This document shows, in pieces, positions 1 to 6,624 of a stretch of DNA of 31,567 nt (position 1 is its first letter; every line of letters begins with the position of its first letter). Both the position numbers and the translations under genes were made by a program. The notes beneath the pieces are model-generated. The model searched no databases, was not told the origin of the DNA, and worked only from the letters and a program-made list of their open reading frames with translations. Source of the DNA: a virus; UHGV virus genome UHGV-1390503, one strand, 5' to 3'.

Positions 1-19
1 ATTGTTGCGTTTGGTGAAA

Positions 20-63
20 TAGAACAAAAATGAGAAAAATGATACGCTGCTGTGTAGCAGCGT
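20..63 (-). terminator. Rho-independent terminator at the end of the leftward early operon
   Basis: Hairpin ACGCTGCT-GTGT-AGCAGCGT at 44-63, followed on the minus strand by a T-rich run (revcomp of 21-40 = ATTTTTCTCATTTTTGTTCT), just downstream of the 97..297 stop. Confidence 0.5.
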
Positions 64-96
64 AAGTCACTCAGTAAAATCACAAACTATTGAACA

Positions 97-297
97 TCAC
101 ACTTTCGGAGGCTTAGGTAACGGCATCCAGTGGGTCACGTACTTACCGTAGTGATTCCAGAACGGCTTTCTCTCGTCGCCAGGGACAATGTAATAGTCGT
201 GCTGAACTGCGTTATTCAACGTTTCATACACCAGGAACTCCTTATCTGTACACCCATTACCGGGCAGCATTTCACTACACTTAATCCACTTACTCAT
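97..297 (-). CDS. DUF551-like phage protein (paralog 1)
   Basis: 66 aa ORF with ATG start; N-terminus MSKWIKCSE and C-terminus HWMPLPKPP are characteristic of the DUF551 family as recalled; paralogous to 315..512. Confidence 0.7.
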   Translation of the reverse strand: MSKWIKCSEMLPGNGCTDKEFLVYETLNNAVQHDYYIVPGDERKPFWNHYGKYVTHWMPLPKPPKV

Positions 298-314
298 AAA
301 TCACCTCACATTCA

Positions 315-512
315 TCACACTTCCGGCGGCTCTGGTAACGGCATCCAGTGAGTTATATCTTCCCGGTCTACCGTAACCTCCCACGGCTCTATCCAACTAT
401 CCCAATACCCATCACAGTCTAACCACATAACTTCTACGTAGACCCCATCAGTAACCAGCACATCTTCAAAATCACCCGGCATCCGCTCACTACACTTAAT
501 CCACTTACTCAT
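315..512 (-). CDS. DUF551-like phage protein (paralog 2)
   Basis: 65 aa ORF sharing MSKWIKCSE...HWMPLPEPPEV ends with 97..297; the shared 17-nt string GGTAACGGCATCCAGTG sits at 114-130 and 336-352. Confidence 0.7.
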   Translation of the reverse strand: MSKWIKCSERMPGDFEDVLVTDGVYVEVMWLDCDGYWDSWIEPWEVTVDREDITHWMPLPEPPEV

Positions 513-515
513 ATT

Positions 516-659
516 TCACCCCCTACCCATCACAGTTTGCACACCAGCTTTCCACGCCCGCCACGCGAGACGCGTCTTAACGTTCAGGTACTCTTTCTTT
601 GAACCCTTGTTAACCGGCAGACCCTCGACGACGGCCCACCGTTCAAATGCTTCTCTCAT
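516..659 (-). CDS. Small hypothetical protein (47 aa), below the ORF-track size cut-off
   Basis: ATG at 659-657, stop TGA at 518-516 placed 3 nt before the ATG of 315..512; fills the gap between neighbouring genes. No homology recognised. Confidence 0.35.
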   Translation of the reverse strand: MREAFERWAVVEGLPVNKGSKKEYLNVKTRLAWRAWKAGVQTVMGRG

Positions 660-692
660 ACCAACCCCCGCGCCGCATAAACGGTTAAAATA

Positions 693-899
693 TTACTTAA
701 CACGGCAACCTCCCTCAGAGTCGTCGGCACGAGCATCATGATTCGATGCCGTTCGGAGCGCACGTAAAACTTTTAGCAGGTCTTCACATGTCCCGGAAGA
801 AATAGTCGGGCCGTCTAATAAAACAACCTCGTATCTGTTTACCTGGAAATGCACTTTCTCCAGTCTATGATGTTTCAGTTCTTCAAATAATTCTTCCAT
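693..899 (-). CDS. Hypothetical protein
   Basis: The track ORF 693..902 begins at GTG; the in-frame ATG at 899-897 overlaps the stop of the upstream gene (minus strand GTGATG). Confidence 0.5.
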   Translation of the reverse strand: MEELFEELKHHRLEKVHFQVNRYEVVLLDGPTISSGTCEDLLKVLRALRTASNHDARADDSEGGCRVK

Positions 900-1090
900 C
901 ACTTCGCCCCTTTGAATTTAAAATTGTTGCCGATGAGTTCTAAATTCTCTTCCGCTACGTATACCACCGAATTTACTCCTCTCACCTTTTGCACAGTAAC
1001 TACGTACTCTCCCGGAAATAAAGCGGATTTTAATTCAATCACACCGTGTTTACCGTCGGCACATTTCACCAACTGACCCTTCTTAAACAT
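899..1090 (-). CDS. Hypothetical protein (first gene of the leftward operon)
   Basis: The track ORF starts at GTG 1099; the in-frame ATG at 1090-1088 is preceded by GGAGTGAGGG (Shine-Dalgarno-like) on the minus strand. Confidence 0.5.
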   Translation of the reverse strand: MFKKGQLVKCADGKHGVIELKSALFPGEYVVTVQKVRGVNSVVYVAEENLELIGNNFKFKGAK

Positions 1091-1111
1091 AACCCTCACT
1101 CCTATGTCTCG

Positions 1112-1157
1112 TTTCGATGAGTGAATAGTATCCTATTATGTTGGGGTGTGCAAGAGA
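1112..1157. promoter_or_regulatory. Promoter/operator element copy 1 (palindrome AATAG-N4-CTATT); candidate leftward promoter TTGCAC-N17-TACTAT
   Basis: TGAATAGTATCCTATTAT at 1122-1139; on the minus strand TTGCAC (1153-1148), a 17-nt spacer, TACTAT (1130-1125), about 25 nt upstream of the RBS of 899..1090. Orientation is ambiguous. Confidence 0.5.
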
Positions 1158-1235
1158 TTCATTGAAAATGGTTACGTTGCCGTTGTGATTCTTTAGGGAA
1201 GGTTGCGCCTTTATTCTTATTACTTGGTAACTAAA

Positions 1236-1256
1236 GGGCAGGCTTAAGGCCTGCCC
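1236..1256. other. GC-rich stem-loop in the long non-coding region
   Basis: GGGCAGGC-TTAA-GGCCTGCCC: 8 bp GC-rich stem; on the minus strand it is followed by TTTAGTT. Confidence 0.4.
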
Positions 1257-1410
1257 AATAATCGTTACATTTTTACGGTTGCGAATCTACGGCACATTAA
1301 GAAAATCAGATACTTAAGAGATATGCCGCCGATGATAATAGAGCTTGCCCAGGGCAACCGGAGATACTTAGAAAGGAAAGTTACAATAATTCTCATGTTC
1401 AGTAAGCCTG

Positions 1411-1444
1411 TGTTTAACCCTTTGCTTGACGCACGGGTTAAACA
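1411..1444. repeat. 10-bp inverted repeat TGTTTAACCC / GGGTTAAACA with a 14-nt spacer
   Basis: Read directly; the spacer contains TTGACG. Possible operator or RNA hairpin. Confidence 0.4.
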
Positions 1445-1594
1445 TTCTTACAAGGTGAACAGGAATCAAAGTAACTAAGATATAGAAGCACCTTAAACGA
1501 AGATTTTCATAATGTCAATAGGTGCGATTATGTTTGATTTCCCATTATTCGCAATGTATACTTGATTTCGTTAACTGATAATGAGGGTTTTAGA

Positions 1595-1750
1595 ATGGTT
1601 ACTTTGACAGAAGAACAGTTGGAAAAGTTGCTGATAGAAGCGTGGTTTAACGGACATAACGAGAGCAGATACTACTGCCCTAATAAATATCGCACAGCTA
1701 CGGCGTTCGCGCGGGAAACAATTAAGGAGATTAAAGATGACACAGAATGA
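1595..1750 (+). CDS. Hypothetical small protein (51 aa)
   Basis: The track ORF starts at TTG 1562; the in-frame ATG at 1595 is preceded by GAGGG 8 nt upstream. Confidence 0.5.
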   Translation: MVTLTEEQLEKLLIEAWFNGHNESRYYCPNKYRTATAFARETIKEIKDDTE

Positions 1751-1907
1751 GGTAGCTGAGCGCATCGGGGTTACTCGCCGCACACTGAATAACTGGTTAA
1801 AGAGTGGGAAGTTCCCGGATTGTTGTATTCGCATTATGGGCCGACGTCAGCCAGGTACGTTTGACCCGGAGAAAGTGGAAGCATGGATTAAGGAGAATGT
1901 AAAATGA
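1737..1907 (+). CDS. Small HTH DNA-binding protein (AlpA/excisionase-like), 56 aa
   Basis: Not in the track (<60 aa). ATG 1737, stop TGA 1905-1907 overlapping the next ATG (ATGA). The MTQNEVAERIGVTRRTLNNWLKSGKFP segment is a typical helix-turn-helix. Confidence 0.6.
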   Translation: MTQNEVAERIGVTRRTLNNWLKSGKFPDCCIRIMGRRQPGTFDPEKVEAWIKENVK

Positions 1908-2137
1908 CCGAGTTCCAGTCACGCGTATTTACGGCAGTTGTTTCGTTAACCCGCAAAAAAGGGTCATGCAGCGTTATCGACTTGCGCCGTAGTTATTTTA
2001 GGTACTATAGTTCCGCCATTATTGAAGGGTCGTTGAGGGTACTGGTTAAATCTGGTGTCGTGAAAAACACTGGCGGGAAATATAGCGCCGTTGCAGAAGT
2101 TCGTGGAATGACCGCTACTTTAGAAGACCTGGAATAA
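1904..2137 (+). CDS. Hypothetical protein, possible winged-helix; C-terminus ends LEDLE
   Basis: 77 aa ORF with ATG translationally coupled to the upstream gene. Confidence 0.5.
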   Translation: MTEFQSRVFTAVVSLTRKKGSCSVIDLRRSYFRYYSSAIIEGSLRVLVKSGVVKNTGGKYSAVAEVRGMTATLEDLE

Positions 2138-2196
2138 AAGAAAGCCCCGACGCGGTGAACGCCGAGGCCAAATTACTTGCTGAAGGAATATACAAC

Positions 2197-4437
2197 ATGT
2201 CCGATGTAATTTTATCCTACTCGTGGTCCCGTCGCAACGCGCGGGCAGAGAAAAAGGATATAAACGTCAGAACCACTCACACGGCAACACTGGACGACCT
2301 GAAAGAGCTACTCCAGCCGCTTGATGCTGTCCGTGACGGAATTAACCCGAAGACCGCGTCTGGCTATATCACTGCCGCGTGTGACTCTACGCACAGCACC
2401 GTAAAAGACCCTGAAACAGGTGACTTTAAGCAAGCGCGTAAAGGCTTTTTCTATCGCTGCGACGCGTCTGTAAGCAAATCGTCGCTGGCGTATCTGGACT
2501 TCGACAGCGCAACACCGGAAGAGTACCAGGAAGCGGTGCGCCGGGTTAAGCGCAGCCGCCGGGCCATGTGCCTCTATACCACGGCATCGCATACCGAGGA
2601 GTCACCGCGCTTTCGCGTCGTTATGCCTCTTGGACGCCCGGTTGAAGGCGGCGACATCATCCGCGTTCGCCATGGATTACTTGAGCACTTCTTCAAAGGC
2701 ATGGGTGCTGACCGCAGCGGGTTCACTCTGTCGCAACCGATGTACCTTCCGCCTGTTGGCGCTACCGTTATCTGGTCGCGTCGCAACGACCTGATTGAAC
2801 CGGACGAGTTACTGGAAGACATCCCCGCCGTTGACGTCAGCAGCGCATCGGATTACCAGATACCGGAAGAACTGCGCACCGCGTTTACGGATGCGTTCGA
2901 GGCACTGGCGTTTGAGTACGGCGGTGTCATGACGCCACGTGGCCTTAAGATGCCAGCTACGCCGGAACACGCAGAGAACTACAGCGACCCGACGCCGCGT
3001 TCGGACGACTTCCTGCTGTGCTTCCCGCGTGAAGGGTACGAAGCACCTAACGTAACCATGATTCACGACACCGACATTACGGCAACCGAAGGCATGTCAC
3101 CGAAAGAGGTGTGGAAGTACGCGTGCGATGCGACCGGGCTGCCGTTCAGTGAAGTCGCTGAGGCAATCGGCTGGGGTGCGCGTGAATTCGTTTCATGCAG
3201 CCTTGATGACCTGGAAGACGACGAGGACTCAGAGGAGGACGAGTTACCGGAACCGGTAAAGGCTGATTTTGTCGTCGAAGGGTACATGCCGTCAGATTGT
3301 ATCTGGGATATAGTCGGGGAATCTGGCACGTACAAATCGTTCTATACGCTGGGGATGATGTACCTTAGCGCCGCCGGATACCGGTTTGCAGGCGCGGACA
3401 CCCAGCGTTGCCACCATTTCTATATAGATGGTGAGGGGGGCGCAGCTACGCGCACACGTATTGATGCCCTCGCGGCTAAATATGGCGAGGAAGGTAAAGA
3501 TTATGTGCATGTCATCGACATGGGCGAAGTAGGAAAACTGAAAAGTCTGATTAAGCTAATGCGCGAAACCGCGGGGGATGAGCCTATCGGCATGGTCGCG
3601 TTCGACACCCTCAACCAGACGCTGGCCCTGACTATCGATAAGTTCGACGAGAACAGTTCATCAACGGCAATCGGCATGGGCAAAGTTATCGCCATCCTGA
3701 AAGAAGTGCGCGATGCAACTAAAGCCGCGGTAGGCGTTGTCCACCATACGCCGAAAGGTGGAAAGAAAGCCCGCGGCAGTGGGGCGCTGTATGCAGGTGT
3801 CGACGTGGAACTGACAATCGAACGCGCAACAGACCGTCGGATAAATGTATACCACTCTAAATTTAAGCACGGGCCTCAACAGAAAACTGTTGGCATGGTG
3901 CTGGAGTCGGTACAGTTTCGTGAAGCGCCGCCGCCGAAAGAGTACCGCGCGGTTGAGTTCCTGGGCAGCACAGAGGAATACGGCACAATCGTAGACCTTG
4001 ACCTGCCAGAACCACATAAGGCACTTGTGTTAATGCCGTGGGGTTTCGAGCCGTTTAAGACCGACGAGGAGAAAGAGCGGGAAGAAGGGCTGACAAAGGA
4101 AGGTAAAGAAAACGTAAAGAATACTGTAAAACGTGGAAAGGATGAAGGGCGTAAGGAATCAATACTCGCCGCACTGGAAGACCTGCAACAGTCAGACGAC
4201 ACAGGACGAGGTTTTACACAACGGCAGATAGTGGCGAATTCGGGCGACCACGCCATCACCAACCATCATCTCGAGAAGATGCTGAAAGACGGTGAGTTGA
4301 TGCTCGGATGCGATGTTAACGGTGAAGTTATACCTGGCACATACCGGATACCGGAAAAGATGGGTGACAGATTAAGACCAAAGACAATATACGAACCGAA
4401 TGAAATGCTGACAGTGACAGAGGAGGATTTGGAATGA
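2197..4437 (+). CDS. Replicative primase/helicase-type protein with RecA/DnaB-like P-loop ATPase domain
   Basis: The track ORF starts at GTG 2155; ATG 2197 has GAAGGAA upstream. Walker A-like GESGTYKS, Walker B-like VAFD, HHTPKGG motif and a long N-terminal domain of the size expected for a primase; ends TEEDLE. Confidence 0.8.
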   Translation: MSDVILSYSWSRRNARAEKKDINVRTTHTATLDDLKELLQPLDAVRDGINPKTASGYITAACDSTHSTVKDPETGDFKQARKGFFYRCDASVSKSSLAYLDFDSATPEEYQEAVRRVKRSRRAMCLYTTASHTEESPRFRVVMPLGRPVEGGDIIRVRHGLLEHFFKGMGADRSGFTLSQPMYLPPVGATVIWSRRNDLIEPDELLEDIPAVDVSSASDYQIPEELRTAFTDAFEALAFEYGGVMTPRGLKMPATPEHAENYSDPTPRSDDFLLCFPREGYEAPNVTMIHDTDITATEGMSPKEVWKYACDATGLPFSEVAEAIGWGAREFVSCSLDDLEDDEDSEEDELPEPVKADFVVEGYMPSDCIWDIVGESGTYKSFYTLGMMYLSAAGYRFAGADTQRCHHFYIDGEGGAATRTRIDALAAKYGEEGKDYVHVIDMGEVGKLKSLIKLMRETAGDEPIGMVAFDTLNQTLALTIDKFDENSSSTAIGMGKVIAILKEVRDATKAAVGVVHHTPKGGKKARGSGALYAGVDVELTIERATDRRINVYHSKFKHGPQQKTVGMVLESVQFREAPPPKEYRAVEFLGSTEEYGTIVDLDLPEPHKALVLMPWGFEPFKTDEEKEREEGLTKEGKENVKNTVKRGKDEGRKESILAALEDLQQSDDTGRGFTQRQIVANSGDHAITNHHLEKMLKDGELMLGCDVNGEVIPGTYRIPEKMGDRLRPKTIYEPNEMLTVTEEDLE
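4414..4437 (+). repeat. 24-nt repeat GTGACAGAGGAGGATTTRGAATGA (copy 1)
   Basis: Matches 7839-7862 with one mismatch; encodes a C-terminal VTEEDLE, a GAGGAGGA Shine-Dalgarno and the ATGA stop/start overlap. Confidence 0.8.
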
Positions 4438-4631
4438 GCGGTAAATTTAAAGAAGTAAGCGACGAACTGAAAGGTAATAAATACACCAACCACAGAGGTG
4501 AAATAGTAGAAGTTCTTAACGTAGTTCCTTATGGGCGTGGGTATCATGTTGTGTTTAGCTACACAGAGGCTTACAGCGTGTACTGCGGGCTAGGTAAGTT
4601 TCGCAAAAGATACCCGATAAAGGTGCAATAA
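4434..4631 (+). CDS. Hypothetical protein
   Basis: 65 aa ORF with ATG in an ATGA overlap with the primase/helicase stop. Confidence 0.55.
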   Translation: MSGKFKEVSDELKGNKYTNHRGEIVEVLNVVPYGRGYHVVFSYTEAYSVYCGLGKFRKRYPIKVQ

Positions 4632-4636
4632 AAAGA

Positions 4637-4655
4637 AAGGGGCGTTAAGCCCCTT
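4637..4655. terminator. Bidirectional terminator hairpin between convergent genes
   Basis: AAGGGGC-GTTAA-GCCCCTT; on the minus strand it is followed by TCTTTTTATT. The stop of the minus-strand regulator lies in the loop. Confidence 0.55.
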
Positions 4656-4860
4656 CACCGAACGCCAGCCACTTGGCGTCTACTTGCAGCACTTCCGCCA
4701 GTTTAAACAGCGTCGCCGGGCGGACGTCCTGAGTTACCCCGAGTGCAAGCTGGTTGATTGCGCCCTGGGAAACGCCGGCCAGGACAGCCAGACGGCGCTG
4801 GGAGATACCGAGTTCTTTACGGCGTTGTTCTACACGGATGCCTAGTTCTGATGGTTGCAT
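4645..4860 (-). CDS. XRE-family (Cro/CI-type) helix-turn-helix transcriptional regulator
   Basis: 71 aa; the LGISQRRLAVLAGVSQGAINQLALG segment is a canonical XRE HTH; oriented against the flanking rightward genes. Confidence 0.8.
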   Translation of the reverse strand: MQPSELGIRVEQRRKELGISQRRLAVLAGVSQGAINQLALGVTQDVRPATLFKLAEVLQVDAKWLAFGEGA

Positions 4861-4880
4861 GTCAATTACTCCTTAGTCAG

Positions 4881-4910
4881 TTGATATGTGAATAGTACCA
4901 TATTAATTAT
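4881..4910 (+). promoter_or_regulatory. Promoter/operator element copy 2
   Basis: TTGATA-tg-TGAATAGTACCATATTAAT; sigma70-like, with the palindrome only half conserved. Confidence 0.45.
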
Positions 4911-4924
4911 TTTAGAAAAGCCCA

Positions 4925-4954
4925 TTGACAACGTGAATAGTTCACTATTATAGT
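4925..4954 (+). promoter_or_regulatory. Promoter/operator element copy 3 (TTGACA-N18-TATAGT with embedded AATAGT-tc-ACTATT)
   Basis: Consensus -35 TTGACA at 4925-4930, TATAGT at 4949-4954, perfect 6-bp inverted repeat in the spacer; about 30 nt upstream of the RBS of 4986..5495. Confidence 0.6.
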
Positions 4955-4985
4955 TAGCTCATACCAAACGAGAGGAGAGAAACAA

Positions 4986-5495
4986 ATGTTAGAGAAATTC
5001 TTGGTATTACTGGAACGTTTCGTAGTTGCGCATGAACTGATTGCCGCGAATAGTGTGAAACGCCCTGTGCCGCCGACTGAGCGTGCGGGTGAAATGCTTG
5101 TAGACGCGTCGGTTACGGGAGAGGTACTTGAAGTCGACCCAGGTACTGGCGTCGGGAAAGAAATACCGGTTGAAGGTGAAGACATCGTCGACACTAAACC
5201 GGCAGAAGAAGAGAAGCCAAAACGCAAGCCGCGTAAAGCTAAAGTAGAGGAACCGACGCCAGAACCGGAAGAAGAGAAGGAAGAAGTTGATTATAAGTCT
5301 CTGCGCGACCAGATTCAGGCTATCGACGATGCAATTAACGAAGGTCCGAGCGATGCTGCGTGCGATGATTCCGATGAACTGCTGGGAGAGTTCACCGGTA
5401 AGAAGATGAAGATTGCCGCGATTAAAGATGAAGACCTGGCCGAGTATCTGGAACGCCTTACGGCAATCAAGAACAAGTATTTCGAAGAAGAATAA
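4986..5495 (+). CDS. Highly acidic early protein (169 aa), function unknown
   Basis: Strong RBS GAGAGGAGAGA; the C-terminal two thirds are rich in E/D (EEEKPKRKPRKAKVEEPTPEPEEEKEE...DDSDELL); followed by a terminator. Confidence 0.6.
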   Translation: MLEKFLVLLERFVVAHELIAANSVKRPVPPTERAGEMLVDASVTGEVLEVDPGTGVGKEIPVEGEDIVDTKPAEEEKPKRKPRKAKVEEPTPEPEEEKEEVDYKSLRDQIQAIDDAINEGPSDAACDDSDELLGEFTGKKMKIAAIKDEDLAEYLERLTAIKNKYFEEE

Positions 5496-5502
5496 CTATC
5501 AC

Positions 5503-5524
5503 GCGGCCTTCGGGCCGCTTTAAC
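5503..5524 (+). terminator. Rho-independent terminator
   Basis: GCGGCC-TTCG-GGCCGC followed by TTTAACT. Confidence 0.55.
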
Positions 5525-5538
5525 TGAGGGTCGGAATT

Positions 5539-5874
5539 ATGAACTACGAAAATTTAACAGACATAGAAATTAATGCACGTGTCAGCCGCGCACTATACGG
5601 AGATGTTTCGCGAGGGCATCAGATGGAATTAGCTTCTGGAGCAGTTGATTATTGTAATCGAATAGAGGACGCATGGCCTGTTATCCACGGTAACAATATC
5701 TCGATTGTAGCTACAGATTTAGAATGGATCGCTTTACCGGATAATGCGGTTATTGACGGTATTACCGGAGACGCCACCAGTATGATTTATGTAGACGACT
5801 CATGTGTTATTGGTGCAAATCCCCTACGCGCAGCAATGATTGTCTTCCTTGAAATGCAGGAGGTAAAGAAATGA
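5539..5874 (+). CDS. Hypothetical phage protein (possibly DUF2591-like, from weak memory)
   Basis: 111 aa ORF with ATG and GAGGG RBS. Confidence 0.5.
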   Translation: MNYENLTDIEINARVSRALYGDVSRGHQMELASGAVDYCNRIEDAWPVIHGNNISIVATDLEWIALPDNAVIDGITGDATSMIYVDDSCVIGANPLRAAMIVFLEMQEVKK

Positions 5875-6149
5875 TTTACCAACTCTACCAGGCCGTAGAC
5901 AGGCGGGATAACACAGAGGCGCTATGGCTATTACGTGCGCCGTCCGGTGCTCACCAGATGGAAGAGATGGCGTACTTGGGTAAAGTACCGCGGCCTAAGG
6001 ATATAGGCCGTCACTTGTCGCAGATTAAGCGCACGACTTTTGCCAAACCTGACTTTTATGTCTTCGAGTCGATGTATGGGTGGGCTATGCACTGCGAACA
6101 TAAGACACGGCATTTAATCGACCAGTGGGAGAACAGGGTATGTTTGTAA
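5871..6149 (+). CDS. Hypothetical protein
   Basis: 92 aa ORF, ATGA-coupled to the upstream gene. Confidence 0.5.
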   Translation: MIYQLYQAVDRRDNTEALWLLRAPSGAHQMEEMAYLGKVPRPKDIGRHLSQIKRTTFAKPDFYVFESMYGWAMHCEHKTRHLIDQWENRVCL

Positions 6150-6280
6150 TTATGTATTCAATCGGTGAGGAAGAGTACGAACACAGTAGATACCTTACAT
6201 CCGCAGAGGCTGAGAATATGATACACGAACTTGACGCTGGCAGTTTCGACTACGCATGGATTGAGGAGATTACGGAATGA
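6140..6280 (+). CDS. Small hypothetical protein (46 aa), below the track cut-off
   Basis: ATG 6140, stop TGA 6278-6280 overlapping the next ATG (ATGA); acidic product MFVIMYSIGEEEYEH... Confidence 0.35.
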   Translation: MFVIMYSIGEEEYEHSRYLTSAEAENMIHELDAGSFDYAWIEEITE

Positions 6281-6624
6281 CCGATAAATGGTGGCTTAAT
6301 CTGCGAAGTGGCGACAAGGTTTACACGGTCGGCGACCGCAGAAAGAACAGCGGCGTAGCTACTGTGCTACAAAACGGAAAAAAGTATATACACATTGCGC
6401 ATGAGGCTCGCGCGCTCCGCGTGAATAAATCGTCTGGCAGGCTTGAGGATTACCCGAAAACCTTAATATATAAAAGTGAAAAGCATCACATGGAGTCAAT
6501 TGACGCAAGACGACAGTTCGCAGGAATGTTGCAACAGTTAAGTGACTTACATCGTGATGATTCTTTCATTCCCACAGAAGAACAGTTACAGGCATTAAAC
6601 TTGTATTTGGAGGCGGTACGATGA
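6277..6624 (+). CDS. Hypothetical protein
   Basis: 115 aa ORF, translationally coupled. Confidence 0.5.
   Translation: MTDKWWLNLRSGDKVYTVGDRRKNSGVATVLQNGKKYIHIAHEARALRVNKSSGRLEDYPKTLIYKSEKHHMESIDARRQFAGMLQQLSDLHRDDSFIPTEEQLQALNLYLEAVR

Noticed and set aside
1261-1285. tRNA-like T-loop candidate (GGTTGCGAATC)
   Set aside because: Does not fit the GTTCRANYC T-loop consensus and no acceptor or anticodon stems can be built around it.
1323-1478. 51-codon ORF in the long intergenic region
   Set aside because: No convincing Shine-Dalgarno, many rare codons (ATA, AGG, AGA, CGG), and it spans the inverted repeat; more likely non-coding.
2308-4262. Series of 64-128-aa minus-strand ORFs
   Set aside because: All are antisense to the continuous 2.2-kb primase/helicase gene and have Arg/Ser-rich composition; no independent signals.
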